Positions 1 to 13,621 of a stretch of DNA of 64,000 bases are shown in pieces. The stretch spans positions 296,422,001-296,486,000 of the forward strand of contig OZ024741.1 in NCBI GenBank assembly GCA_964016885.1, read 5' to 3'. The notes below the pieces were generated by a model. It ran no database searches, was not told the origin of the DNA, and saw only the letters and a program-made list of their open reading frames with translations. Each line of letters begins with the position of its first letter. Within the stretch, counting starts at the first letter, position 1. A program made the translations under genes and the position numbers. Source of the DNA: Eledone cirrhosa (Eukaryota).

Positions 1-68
1 TATTATGCGCATTTCAAAAACAAACATCATCATCATGCAATAATATTTGTGTTTTCATCAGATAAAAC
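1..68 (-). ncRNA. Second copy of the PLE hammerhead on the inverted arm, cut by the window edge
   Basis: Reverse complement of 4564-4628 with an extra 3 nt in stem II. Confidence 0.75.
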
Positions 69-1530
69 AGGAGGACATGATATGAAGGCTAAAAAAACAC
101 TTGTGGATAGTGCAGTTTTAAATCAACATATGAAAAGTAATTTTAGATTGATGTGTGATATTGGGAAAAATATTTTATTTAGAGAGGGGGGTGGAAAGGA
201 TGAAAAAAGGGGAGGAGATGAGAGTGAAGGTGGAGAGGAAGAGATGGGTGATAGAGAGAAAGAGATAGTTTTTATAACTGAGAAAAGATATATTGTTTTA
301 CATAGAGAGGTTGAAAATCGTTGGAAGATAATGTATAAATTAAAAGAATTTGAAAATTAACGAAGGGAAAAATATGTACGAAGAAGGAGAGGGAGTTAAT
401 ATGTATTGAGATTAAAAAGTTTGATGATAGAGAGAAAAAAATAATAATTGCGGATGAATATTCTAACGTCAAAAAAATTGTGTGTATGTTTACAAGTATT
501 ATGGAAATTTGAAAATTAACGAAGAGAAAAAATTATTAAGGTTTGTGTATTGAAGGATTTGAGAAAAATAATGTGAAGTTAAGGTTTCTATATTGAAGGA
601 ATTGATAATATGCGCGAAGAAAGAGTTAATATGTATTAAGAATGAGTTAGATGATTGGGAGAAAAAAATAATAAATTGATGAATAATCTAGCGTCAAAAA
701 ACAAATGTATATGTTACGAAGGAATTTACAAGGTGAAGATAGAGTGAGGGTAATGAGTAAACAGGTATTATAGAGTGTATAATACCCTTTGAAGTAAGGT
801 AGGAAGATGGGTATATTTTAAAAGAGGTGTATGTATATGTGCCTTTGAGAAAAGACTCTAAATTGATAAAGAATTGAATATTAGCTGTATACTTTGTGAA
901 AAGTCCTATGGAATTTATGCAGGCAGATAGAAAACAAATCTGTACGTCTATTTATTATAGAATCTAGATTAGAGATAATGGTAAATTTTTCATTTAGGCA
1001 GAGATTACAGATTTTAGATAGAGAGCTGTTCAAGTATGAAGACGCAGAAGAAACCTTCTTCCAAAAGATGGTATATTTAATGTTTTTGTCTTTCAAGGAC
1101 CATATGAGTTCTGAGAGAGCCGTGTTGGTTCTTTTAAGTTTGTATTTAAAAGATGAATGATGATTATAGAGACGAGCTTTAAAAGAGGTGGAAGTGGAGC
1201 CAAAATAGGTGAAGGAATTGGTGCTAGTTATAACTTTACATTCATAAATTAAGTTTTTATCAAGACAATGGTTGTTGAGAGGACATTTATTTTTAATGCG
1301 GCAGTTGCAATTAGAGAGATTATTAATGAGTGACCTAGTGTTATCTATAGAAGGAATTGGATTGGAGAAGTTGTTTGCGATAGGAATAATAGTTTCTTGA
1401 TTTAGAGTTGGATTATGAACATTTAGCGAAGTTGTGTTTGACGTTGTATTTGGGTTTACAGAAATTAGCCTAGGGTTTACAATGACGTCGGGAGTACTAT
1501 TACTGTTATTATGAAATTCAGTGTTGGAAA

Positions 1531-3626
1531 GAGCACCTTGTAAATCTCAAGAACACAATTTCTAACCTAAATTCCTCAAAAAATGTTTTAGTCCACTCTG
1601 ACAAAACCAATAACTTATATGGTATTTCCAAGGATAATTATAACAACCTTATCCTAAAGGAACTTAGGAAAAAGTATCGTAAAACCAACCATGAAAATTT
1701 AGAATACATAAACCTTGAAGCCTCTGAGATTATGTCAAAACTTGGCATTGAAAAAAGACCGAACCATTCCTCCCAAGAACTCCGAGGATAAATTTCAAGG
1801 ATCACAAAAACAATTTTCGCACTGAACTACCTGTTAGATTAATCGCCCCCTCTAAATCTGATCTGGGGGTTGTTAGTAAAGCCATCTTGGATAGAATTAT
1901 CCCACAGGTTAGTTCTAATTGCTCTTCTTTGAACCTAAATTTATGGTTTGGTACTTCTGAAGTGATTGGCTGGTTCAACAAATTGGATAATAAAAACAAA
2001 CTAAAATTTATTCAATTTGATATTGCCAGCTACTATTCCTCCATTTCGCCTTCACTTCTCAATAATGCTCTATCTTTCGCACTTAAATATTCTGACATCA
2101 CCACAGATGAACTTCACATCATCCTCACCGCACGTAAAACCATCCTAGAGTTCAACAACGAATATTGGACCAGAGCCGATACCTCTAACAACTTCGACAT
2201 CACAATGGGAGCATCCGATTCATCCCAATTGACTGATTTAATTTGTATCTTTATTTTGAACTCTTTGAGTCGGAAAATTCCTCAACTTCGCGGTGGAATT
2301 TATTGTGACGATGGACTCTTTACTATCTTAAATTGCAATATAGTTAACCTTAATATTATTAAGAACAATATACGTAATCTCTTTAACCAACATAACCTAA
2401 AAATTGAATTTGATAACAGTATCAAACTAGCTAATTTCTTGGATGTATCTCTTAATCTTGACACTGGCCTATATTACCCTTACCATAAAAACAATGAGAA
2501 CCTAAATTATGTTAACTTTAAATCTAACCATCCTACCAATATCAAGAATGCTATAGTTAGTAATATTGGAAAAAGAATATCTAACATATCTTCTAATAAA
2601 AACATATTTGATGCTAACGCCAATTACTATAATAACGCACTTTCTAAAGCCGGCTATCCTGATAAAATCAAATATAGTAAAGAAACAAATTCTAGAAAAA
2701 CTTACAGTAGAATAATTAATCATGATCATTCCAATAACTTTAATAAAAGACCTAGATACAAAAACATAATCTGGTATAATGCTCCTTTCTCCATCTCTAT
2801 TAATAACAATATTCCTAAATTATTCTTTAGTGCCTTAAATAAATGCTTCCCTCCCTCACATATCTATAGTAAAATATTTAACAAACACACCATAAAATTT
2901 TCATATTCTACATCCTCCAATATTTCCAACATTATCTCTAAACACAACAATAAAATACTAAATACTAAATCTCTTCCTTCCAACACTGAATTTCATAATA
3001 ACAGTAATAGTACTCCCGACGTCATTGTAAACCCTAGGCTAATTTCTGTAAACCCAAATACAACGTCAAACACAACTTCGCTAAATGTTCATGATCCAAC
3101 TCTAAATCAAGAAACTATTATTCCTATCGCAAACAACTTCTCCAATCCAATTCCTTCTATAGATAACACTAGGTCACTCATTAATAATCTCTCTAATTGC
3201 AACTGCCGCATTAAAAATAAATGTCCTCTCAACAACCATTGTCTTGATAAAAACTTAATTTATGAATGTAAAGTTATAACTAGCACCAATTCCTTCACCT
3301 ATTTTGGCTCCACTTCCACCTCTTTGAAAGCTCGTCTCTATAATCATCATTCATCTTTTAAATACAAACTTAAAAGAACCAACACGGCTCTCTCAGAACT
3401 CATATGGTCCTTGAAAGACAAAAACATTAAATATACCATCTTTTGGAAGAAGGTTTCTTCTGCGTCTTCATACTTGAACAGCTCTCTATCTAAAATCTGT
3501 AATCTCTGCCTAAATGAAAAATTTACTATTATCTCTAATCTAGATTCTATAATAAATAGACGTACAGATTTGTTTTCTATCTGCCTGCATAAATTCCATA
3601 GGACTTTTCACAAAGTATACAGCTAA
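1531..3626 (+). pseudogene. PLE reverse transcriptase / GIY-YIG endonuclease polyprotein, 5'-truncated and frameshifted before 1887
   Basis: Upstream frame reads VLVHSDKTNNLY. ORF 1887-3626 has FIQFDIASYYSSI, FDITMGASDS, GIYCDDGL, NFLDVSL, YVNFKSNHP, CNCRIKNKCPL and LIYECKV...TYFGST...KARLYNH (GIY-YIG), ending CNLCLNEK...CLH. Confidence 0.9.
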
Positions 3627-3871
3627 TATTCAATTCTTTATCAATTTAGAATCTTTTCTCAAAGCACATATACATACACCTATTTTAAAATATACCCATC
3701 TTCCTACCTTACTTCAAAGGGTATTATACACTCTATAATACTTGTTTACTCATTACCCTCACTCTATCTTCACCTTGTAAATTCCTTCGTAACATATACA
3801 TTTGTTTTTTGACGCTAGATTATTCATCCTTAATTTATTATTTTTTTCTCCCAATCATCTAACTCATTCTT

Positions 3872-4095
3872 AATACATATTAACTCTTTCTTCGCACATA
3901 TTATCAATTCCTTCAATATACAAACCTTAACTTCACATTATTTTTCTCAAATCCTTCAATACACAAACCTTAATAATTTTTTTAAATACATATTAACTCT
4001 TTCTTCGCACATATTATCAATTCCTTCAATATACAAACCTTAACTTCACATTATTTTTCTCAAATCCTTCAATACACAAACCTTAATAATTTTTT
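3872..4095 (+). repeat. 113-bp tandem duplication in the PLE 3' region
   Basis: AATACATATTAACTC starts at 3872 and 3985; the inverted left arm has only one copy. Confidence 0.9.
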
Positions 4096-4563
4096 CTCTT
4101 CGTTAATTTTCAAATTTCCATAATACTTGTAAACATACACACAATTTTTTTGACGTTAGAATATTCATCCGCAATTATTATTTTTTTCTCTCTATCATCA
4201 AACTTTTTAATCTCAATACATATTAACTCCCTCTCCTTCTTCGTACATATTTTTCCCTTCGTTAATTTTCAAATTCTTTTAATTTATACATTATCTTCCA
4301 ACGATTTTCAACCTCTCTATGTAAAACAATATATCTTTTCTCAGTTATAAAAACTATCTCTTTCTCTCTATCACCCATCTCTTCCTCTCCACCTTCACTC
4401 TCATCTCCTCCCCTTTTTTCATCCTTTCCACCCCCCCCACCCCCCTCTCTAAATAAAATATTTTTCCCAATACCACACATCAATCTAAAATTACTTTTCA
4501 TATGTTGATTTAAAACTGCACTATCCACAAGTGTTTTTTTTAGCCTTCATATCATGTCCTCCT

Positions 4564-4632
4564 GTTTTATCTGATGAAAACACAAATATTATTGCATGAT
4601 GATGTTTGTTTTTGAAATGCGCATAATAAAAT
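4564..4632 (+). ncRNA. Type I hammerhead ribozyme in the PLE 3' terminal region
   Basis: Stem I GTTTTAT/ATAAAAT, CTGATGA 4571-4577, long stem II, GAAA 4614-4617, palindromic stem III ATGCGCAT, predicted cleavage after AUA (A4625). Confidence 0.85.
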
Positions 4633-4756
4633 ACATGGAACTCCTTTAACCATCTTTTGATCTTATATATTATGTATACTCCAGTCCTACAAACTGTAGA
4701 GTGCTTCTTATCCGATATCTGCATTGCTTTATTGTACTACAATAAAACTCACCTCC

Positions 4757-4759
<3 letters not shown>

Positions 4760-4821
<62 letters not shown>
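4760..4821. repeat. (TA)n microsatellite abutting the PLE 3' end
   Basis: Direct reading. Confidence 0.95.
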
Positions 4822-4824
<3 letters not shown>

Positions 4825-5133
4825 TGTATGTATAGTATATTTGGCAATATGCTGTGTTTAATTAAAAAATGTTGAAGACCATTCGCTATGAGTGTTAAAG
4901 TAGTGACTATGTCACTTACTTATTCTCAGCAAAAGCAGGGAAGAGTGATCAACATGCAGAGTGTGTAACAGAGACTGCACCAACGTGTATCACTATATAC
5001 AGATATCTAATTTGTAGGCATGTAAACATGCCAGAAAATACGAACTTTCCTGTAAATTCAATAAATTATAAACATTTTCTATAGGTAAGTATTGTTTCAT
5101 TTGTATTTGTGTCATCTATCTATCAACACACAA

Positions 5134-5438
5134 ACATCACCACCATCATCATTAACACCACCATCATCACCACTATTATCATCATCACCACCACCACCAC
5201 TATTATCATCATCACCAGCACCACCACCACCATCATCATCATCACTATTATCATCATCACCACCACCACCACTATTATCATCATCACCAGCACCTCCACC
5301 ACCATCATCATCAACACTATTATCTTCATCATCACCACCACCACTATTATCATCATCACCAGCACCACCACCACCATCATCAACACTATTATCATCATCA
5401 CCACCACCACCATCATTATCAACACTATTATCATCATC
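5134..5438. repeat. Compound (CAT/CAC)n trinucleotide repeat
   Basis: Direct reading; explains the spurious poly-S/P/T/I ORFs. Confidence 0.9.
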
Positions 5439-5902
5439 CTACATATATATATATATATGTAATAACAACAAAGTGGAGGTGTTACATAAGAGATTTATTG
5501 CTCAATCCTGGTTACAAATGTTTCGAGAGAGAGAGAGATTTTGAATTTCCCTCAATTCCTCCTTGCAAATATAATTCTTATATGTTTCTTAGCATATTCT
5601 ATATCTCTGTACGATTATCAATTTTGTGAGACATATTATGCACTGGCAGAGTCTAATCTTAGGACTTTCCGCACACCCCAGATTTTTGTTCTTCAGGGTT
5701 TTTTTTCTCTCTATCCTTTGTTTCTACTTCTGTACCATTTATTTTACACTTGTGATGTGACTTATTCCTTGTTTACTTAACGATCATCTATCTCCAACAT
5801 TATTTCTTATTTTTATTTTGCCTTTATTTTGTTCACATATGTCAACACTAATTCTTGACTAATGCTACACACTGGTCATTAGAAACAATTATACTATATT
5901 AT

Positions 5903-6085
5903 TGGATTGGCAGAGGGTTAGACGCCATGCTTTGCAGCAAAGAGTTACGGCCCTTTATGATCCGAGTTCAAATCCCACCGAGGTTAACTTTGCCTTTCAT
6001 CCTTACGGGGGTCGATAAAATAAAGTACCAGTGATGTACTGTGGTAATTGCTGGCCTTGTGCCAAATGTAGAAACAATTATTATT
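5903..6085 (+). mobile_element. tRNA-derived SINE (Nin/Deu-like domain). Related copies at ~22840-22970, 25579-25768, 28147-28332, 30031-30217 and 34880-35063
   Basis: B-box GAGTTCAAATCCC, conserved GCCTTTCATCCTTACGGGGTCGATAAAATAAAGTACCAG, common 3' end GTGCCAAAAGTAGAAACAATT. Confidence 0.85.
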
Positions 6086-7037
6086 ATATTATCATTACTA
6101 CCACTACTACTGCCATGGTCACTGGCAACAACTGCCACTCCTAACTAAGTAAGGTATCATCTGTCATTGTTGCGAGTGAAAACAAGCCCATCTGACACAG
6201 CAACATATCTACAAGGCCAATCCCTGACTGACTTGATTCCTGAACAAGTTGAAGCCAAATCTCAGACCATGACACCTCTAAGGAATTAAAATGACTATGT
6301 TGTAGTGAAGCTAACTCTGACTAATAGATAGTGGCCTTTATACACCCCTTTTGAGGCTGCTTATTCTAAGTCATATGTCACTGATGCTTTGAGAAAGCAA
6401 CACCAAATATCAGCCTGGGTCACATCAATCAATCGAAACAACAGAAATAAGCTTTATTTTTTCTTTGTTTTTCTGTTTAATCTCTAGCTGTCTGATGTCT
6501 TCATAACTGTTGCATAATGGTTATCACCAAAATATTTATAACAGCAATTATGAATAATGGAGCCACGACAAAAGTGCCCAACCCTCATTATAAAGTGGTC
6601 ATGTATGTGTCAAGACAAAAGCACCCAGTCCACACTGTAAGGTGGTTATGTTGGTAACACAACAAAAAGCACCCAGCACACACTGTAAACGTGGTTGACT
6701 TTAGGAATGCATCCAGCCAAAGAAACCAAGCCCAAATCAGTCCTGTATGAGTGAAACATGGTCCTTCGACCTGATCTCTCCTAAAGGGACAGCCCAACCT
6801 ACCAATGTTAGTGTGGAAAATGGATGTGTACTTCAAGTGCTCTACTCTGCATACAAAAGTATCACAGATAAAGTAACACATACTCTAATTAGCTATATAT
6901 ATAAAACTGAGGATGTCTGTATGAGTTTGAATCCCTAAAACTCAAGAAGTACCTAACCAATTTTTTTCAAACTTTACATGTGTATTACTTATGTTTCAGG
7001 GAGTGTTGTGCACATAAAAAAATGTCCCATTACAAAT

Positions 7038-7272
7038 GTTTTGACAGATTTGATGACTACACAGTGTATCGATCCGGCCTCTTCAGATGGTCTTCTGAAC
7101 ATCATTTTTATCTACACCTGGTTCTCTGGAGGACTCAGGATGGAGAGATAAGGGAACTGATAAAATTCAATCTCTCCTGTCTCAATATCAGCTCCCCTAT
7201 AAAAATAATGTTCAAAAGGCCATCTGAAGAATCTGGATTGATACACTGTATAGTCATCAAACCTATTGAAAC
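7038..7272. repeat. ~74-bp imperfect inverted repeat with a degenerate hammerhead-like core
   Basis: 7038-7111 is reverse-complementary to 7199-7272; arms contain CTGAAGA...GATA-CACTGT(A/G)TA-GTCA. Confidence 0.75.
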
Positions 7273-7331
7273 TTTCTGGAAAATTTCTGATAAATTGTTG
7301 TAAAAACCCATTATGCATACTTATTCTTCAC

Positions 7332-7385
<54 letters not shown>

Positions 7386-7729
7386 TGTGCGTGTGTGTAC
7401 AAACATACATATATATACACAACATCTTTCCACATACAAATTCCACCACCACCATCATCAGCAGCAACATCATCATCATCATCGTCGTCCCATAACCATC
7501 ATCATCATCATCTATACTCACCATTCATCGACATAAACATCTCCCTGAAATTATATATATACCCTCTACCTTATCCTCATCAAAAGGTGAAAGACACATT
7601 GGATATTGTGGTTCAGGAGGCACACTGCCTAAAAGAAAAAGACATGAGGGTCATGGATAGAATGCTTTTGATCATAAGTTTGATCAGAAAATCTACAAAA
7701 CCTTCCTTTTCTTCTCTCAATTATTTCTG

Positions 7730-8045
7730 AGAAGGTCATGGGGCAGAGTCCTCAAACACTCCTTCCAGTGGGTCCTGTCAGAAGCAACTGTCTGATCAGG
7801 CTGGATCCCCAAGCAAGACCAGCTAAGCTCATGGATGTTATCCAACCATCTTGCTCGGGGTCAACCCCTGGGTCTCTTGTCAGTTGATTTTGTCCATAAA
7901 ATCTGTCCAGTAAATCTTTCCTGAGACATTCTAACCACATGCCCCTAGTATCAGAACTGTGATCGCTGAAATCAGAGAAGTAGCGGCTCTACCTGGAGTG
8001 ACTTTCTGATCTCCGAGTTACACACTTTATGAAGTAATGTTACTC
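7730..8045 (-). mobile_element. Degenerate LINE 3' coding fragment; second copy at ~22240-22630
   Basis: The two regions are homologous; minus strand reads RPRGRPRARWLD-like C-terminal LINE sequence. Confidence 0.7.
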
Positions 8046-8154
8046 TATGGTACATTGTAAATGTTGTATATAAAATAGAGATTTGACTTATCTACCAGTG
8101 GAATTTATACATAACTATATACAATAGACAGTTTACAAAGTACAATATCTTTCC

Positions 8155-8350
8155 TTTGTCAAATTGGGAAGAGGTAAACCAAGAAAGACCTGAGCAAAGA
8201 TTGTGACAGCTGACCTCAAATTGCTATGACTCACAGAGGAGATGACAAAGAAACACGAGTGGAGAGATGCAATGCTCAAAAGGACCCATCCAACCCATGC
8301 AGCATGAAAAAATGAACGTAAAAACAATGATGAATATGATGATGATGATA
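8155..8350 (+). mobile_element. RTE LINE 3' end fragment
   Basis: GRGKPRKT*-like C-terminus, CCAACCCATGC...ATGAAAAA 3' motif, (GAT)n tail. Confidence 0.7.
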
Positions 8351-8983
8351 TTTGGTGGGCCATAGCTGTTGTTTTAGTTCTACTAATATGGACCAATATT
8401 ATGAAATAATTAGATATTATATTTAAGGTTTGTATTACAGCTTAATATAGACATTAATAGCTACAATATCGAGTCATGATGCTAAATACTCAAATACATA
8501 CAGACATATCGACAGAATATTTGTACAATCAATACTATTATTACACAAGCACAAAAAACACATCTACAACACAACACCAACCTAACAACACTACTACAAC
8601 ACACCACCACAACTACCACTACTATTTCAACAGTGTAAAATAGATAGCTGATCTCATTGAGTGCTACTAGTGACTGACTAATATCCTAACCAGGAGATTA
8701 GTGGACAGGCCCCTCCACTTCATCACGGCAAAAAGTGCTCAGCCCACACCATAAAGTGGTCATGTAGGTGTCATGACAATAAGCACCCCGTGCTCACTCT
8801 AAATGTGGTTGGCATTAGGAAGGGCATCCAGCTGTAGAAACCAAGCCAAAATCAGTTCTGTATGAGCAAGACATGGTCACCTGACCTGGCATTGTTCACA
8901 ACAGGATAATTCGTCCAACCCATGCTAGCATGGAAAAATGGACGGTGGTGATGATAATGATACACACACACCACACACACATA

Positions 8984-11919
8984 TTAGGGTGTTCCATTGT
9001 GCAAGCTATGCAGCAATCATTTAATGTCAGTTACGTTTGTGTTTGAAATGATGAAAGAACTCTTCCTTTCCTTTTCCTGCAACTAATGCTGAAATCCAAT
9101 CTTTGAGTGTGTTAAATCAGGAAGCTGATACTCACCCAGAAGTGGGCAGAGTGCAAACTATCCTTGAAAAGTCGAGCGGTGGTGGCGAACACTTTCATAT
9201 TGTCCGTCATCTACTACCGCTTGACTGTCGTGCCTTGTCTCCGCGAATACCTCACCAAGATGGAACGCATGCACTTCCAGTTCCTTTGGAAGAAGCAGGC
9301 TCCACTGGTGAGGAGATCCATCTGCTGTCAGCACCCTTCCAATGAAGGGCTGGGAATGCCGTGGCTGATGATGCACAAACACGTGCTGAGGCTATGGCAT
9401 CTCGAAATATTCCTCACCGAACAACCGGTGTGGACTCCTTTGTGAGACAGGCCTTCCCGCAACTTATTTCGCTGACGGAGCTGCAGTCCTGGGTCAAGTG
9501 GAGACCGAAGAAATGGGCACCTGGCACATTGAATGCGCTCAGGTGCTCGCAGTCCTCTTTCAGGCAGGCACAGCACTCAGTGGAGACTCCACTTCGACAT
9601 TCTATAGAGGGTTAGTACGTTACAAGGGTGACGGCGTGCTCGGAGTGACTCTGGGCGTCGAAGACGACGAGCTCACCAGTCTGTTTGGTAGGACTTTCCG
9701 CCTGGGAGCCATGGACAACTTTCAGAAGTCCCTGGCCTGGCAGTGCTACCGAGGAGCTCTACCAGTTCGAGACAAGATCTACAGGCACGGACGCCCTGGC
9801 AGGGATCCTTCCAAGAGGACGTGTCCAAGATGCGAGCAGGACATTGAAACCATCTTGCACGCAATTGTACACTGCCCGGGCGTAACCGACCTGTGGAACT
9901 ACGCAGAACAACTGTCACGTATGGAACAAATCCAGTTGACTGCCGAGAACATAGTATGGATCAAACCGCCAACTTCTTTCAAAAACGAAAGAGAGGCGGT
10001 TTTCCTCTGTATAGTGGCTATGGTAAAAGAGATTATATGGTGGACGAGATTGAGAGGACTGAGGACAGATGCCTTTCTCTCCGGATAACAACTCATTCCC
10101 TTCTTTAGGTACCACTTTAGAAGGGGAATCAGAGTGGAGAGAGAGGCACTGCACCCCAGTAAATTTACTAAAAGGTGGGTGAATGTAGCAAAAAATGGCC
10201 CGAGTGATTGGGCCTTCTCTGTATATAAACCTGTAGGTTGAAGATGAGAGCAAAAGGAAGAAGGGAGCACTTGCACAACACGCTCCTGGAGTTGAGGGTT
10301 GTTCTATCTACAGGGTATTAAACAACCCATGTGTAACGCCTCCCCCCTATTGGGGATTTCGATTGTTGAATTTGTTTGTTAAAAAATTTTTTTTTACACA
10401 ATTGTATGTAAAATCCCCGGCAAATGTCCTTGTATTGTCCCTTTTTTTGTGCACCCTTGTGGTAAATAAAGATATATATAATTATCCATTCAAGTGGATG
10501 ACTAGCCAGGATCTGTTTTCAAGTGGAAAGCGGATAACTCGATTTTCTGAGCCATCATCTCCCAGTAACCGATTCTTGCTTGATAAACAGTTGAGTAGCA
10601 ATTGAAAGTTCAGTCACATCATGACCAAGACTCTCCACAATTGTGATGTAAGAGGTACTTAATTGTCATAATGATAGTTTCTCCTGTTCCCACATAGCAA
10701 CAAGTGTGGGCTTTATTCGCAGGGATTTTCGTGGTGGTGTGTCTTGAAGATTTCATAATCATCACTAATACCTGAGCTGAATGACAAAATTTCAAGAGCT
10801 ACTTTTTTGGACATCTTGACTACTTCATCCTGCTTTCTCTTTCTTATTTTCATATCATGAATCTTCTTTCCTTCTGAATGGCTCTCACATGTTCTGCATC
10901 AACACCAACCAAAGAAAGCTTTGTCTTCAGATGGGACATTCTTTTGTTCCTGATTTGCAATGTTAAAAATTTTCTCAAGATCACCTTTCCAAATCTTACG
11001 CTTTGCAACTGCTTTGTCAGTCATCCTTGATTTTTTTTCTCACCATTTGATACTTATACAATTTCTCAATTGAAGTGCAGATGTTTTTTGTTTCCATATA
11101 TGTAGGAGTATTTGCTTTTCTCCACACTTTTTGGGTTGTTTTTTTTTACAGCAACTGAAATTGTCTCCTCGGGTTTGATGTGATGGTAAAGAAAACACAA
11201 GAGCACTTGTTTGGAGGCAAGTTGAGTCAGTAGTAACTCTCCTTTGGGCTTTTTCTCAAACTGTCAAATGGCCTTTCTAGTTTCTATTTTCATATTCTCT
11301 GTGAAAAACACAATCAATTACATTTCTTGAACCCATTCAGACCATGAAAATTCAGGGTCTGGAAATTATTTCATAGACTTACAACAACTGATAGAACTTG
11401 ACGAAAGCCATTGTTTATGACTCGCTAACACCCCCCCCACTCCCCCCCAAAAAAAAAAACAGCACTGAACCAACAATGCAATGAACTTTGTGATAGAACC
11501 TTATTGTTAACTCATTATCTTGTTGAATTATAAAAAATATTGAAAAGCTCACCTGATCAACATGATACCAAATACTTTGTACAAACAATGAAAACAAATC
11601 ATCCATATAAAACTATTTCTACATACTTAGTTAAGTCTATAGTTTATGGTTCATTTCTTTTTCATTTAGGATCCTATAAATGGTAGAAATGTCTCCAGAA
11701 TGTACATAGTCGAAAATGGACAAAAAATGCAAATTGGCTACAATCAATAAGTGTTGAAATAAAATTTTAGCATAGCATTCAAAAATCATCAAAATGTGCA
11801 ACTCATAAATATATCTGTATCTCCTCCCCCTCATATTTTTGCTTGCCTAGCTTTTATGTAAAATGAATTCAGGGTGTAATCAATACAAGGTGATTTCAAC
11901 TAAATATGAAACACCCTAA
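8984..11919 (-). mobile_element. Decayed DNA transposon (superfamily not assigned), interrupted by a Tx1-like LINE
   Basis: TIRs TATTAGGGTGTTCCA (8982) and TGAAACACCCTAATA (ending 11921). Minus-strand transposase-like remnants (VWRKANTP, DLEKIFNIA, EDKAF, LVIH..G / QLPDLT) continue across the insertion. Confidence 0.7.
9132..10478 (+). mobile_element. 5'-truncated L1/Tx1-clade LINE (post-RT region and zf-RVT), frameshifted
   Basis: QKWAECKLSLKSRAVVANTFILS, FLW...P..EGLGMP, AWQCYRGALPV and CPRC...ETILHAIVHCP; 3' end at GTAAATAAAG. Confidence 0.85.
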
Positions 11920-13571
11920 TACACTCATACACACACATTTTAAAGTGGCCATGCTGGCGACAACAAAATGCGCTCAGTCCACACTAAAGTATTTTTGGTA
12001 TCACATTAAGAGGAACCTATTGTAAATGTTGTTAACATTAGGAAAGGCATTCAATTGTAGAAATCAAGCGAGAAAGGTCATCTGATCTGACTTGTCTCAC
12101 AACAGGACAACTCAGAAAATGGCCTTACCACTAGGCCACCTGCCCCCAAAACTTAAAATCTCCCAATCCCAAGTATTTTGGAGAAAGAGTTATCAAAGAT
12201 AATAATCTAAAGCAGGAAAACAATAGAACTTACAACATTTTTTGTTGAAATGAAAATGTCATCAAAACTGCAGTATCCACTGGCCATGGCTTGGTAGTAG
12301 TAGTAGTATTGGTAGTGGTAGTAGTATTGGTAGTAGTAGTAGTATTGGTAGTGGTAGTAGTATTGGTAGTGGTAGTTGTTGACGTTTTAAAGTTCCCAGG
12401 TAGTGAATATCATATATGGTGTAGTGTAATATGTGAACTGGTACTAAATAATAAAATTCTGTGCTCTGTTATTTGATCATAGTTCCTCAATATCACCAGG
12501 TTATGCTACCACTAAGTTGTGCTACCACCACCAAGTTGTGCTACCACCAAGTTGTGCTATCACCACCAAGTTGTGCTACCACCAGGTTGTGCTACCACCA
12601 GATATGTTAATGTCAATTCTTATCTGCCTTTATTTTAGTGATGTGTTGAATAGGTAGCATGTGGAGGTAGAGTCTTGGACAGATATACTACAGTTTTTCA
12701 CTGACTATCAAATAGCTACTATTGAGAGGTAAATGTGTGTGGCTAGTTAGTTAGAGAATTGGATTCACGATCACGAGATTCTGTGTTCGATGCCCTGACC
12801 AAGTGATGCGTTATGTCCTTGAGTGAGACACTTTATTTCACATTGCTTTTTCTGCTATGAGTTGCAACTGGTAGATAGTATCAGCAATGGAAAGATCAAC
12901 TGAAACATTGTTTCCTTGGCCTGATTTGATGAGTTCCACCCCAGTCAGTAAGTAAATGAGGTCTGGTATCTTGTCAACTGATTCCTATATAGAGGTGCAG
13001 TGCAGTCCACAACTTTAGGTAACAGTGGAAATACTGTATATACAATTAATTGACAGATATTTGTGTTGTTTTCAAAAACTGAATATTAAAGAAATCTTAG
13101 TGTGAATAAAATAAGTTCTATGTGCAGGTATAGTTCCTTTCTGTAGGGACACTGGATAACTGTAAGGGATTTTTGTAGATATGGAGTGTTGACCTTAGCC
13201 TTTCTGGGGGTAGAATTGCTTTCACATCTGCACCAAATGTGCAACGGGGGTTTTACATGTAAATTGTAAATTTAGCATGGAGTAATGTTGCAGTTTTAGG
13301 TACAGAGTATATTTTACAGTGTACCAGAAATCACAAGTTTTTAGGGGATAGGGTGGAGATGTTTCACATTGCACCAATCACAGCAAGGTGTAAAAGGATT
13401 TGTAGAAAGTTTTTTTTTTTACACACACACACACTCTCTCTCATATATATATACACACACACACACATATATGAATGTATAAACAACACATATATATGGA
13501 TGTATGTATATATATTTGTGTGCATATATCATTATCATCATTTTATGGTTTCCCTGCTAGCATACACACAC

Positions 13572-13621
<50 letters not shown>

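Larger units (their letters stand above)
1..4759 (+). mobile_element. Penelope-like retroelement (probably Naiad-type) with an inverted copy of its 3' half at the 5' side; left end runs off the window
   Basis: 1-1529 is the reverse complement of ~2978-4628. RT+GIY-YIG ORF at 1887-3626, hammerhead motif in the 3' terminal region, AATAAA at 4741, then (TA)n. Confidence 0.93.

Noticed and set aside
49-472. Short ORFs in the PLE arms (also 4150-4724)
   Set aside because: They fall in the purine/pyrimidine-skewed non-coding 3' region and show no recognisable motifs.
1887-3626. Selenocysteine recoding as reported for some Naiad PLEs
   Set aside because: No in-frame TGA; the cysteine motifs are normal Cys codons.
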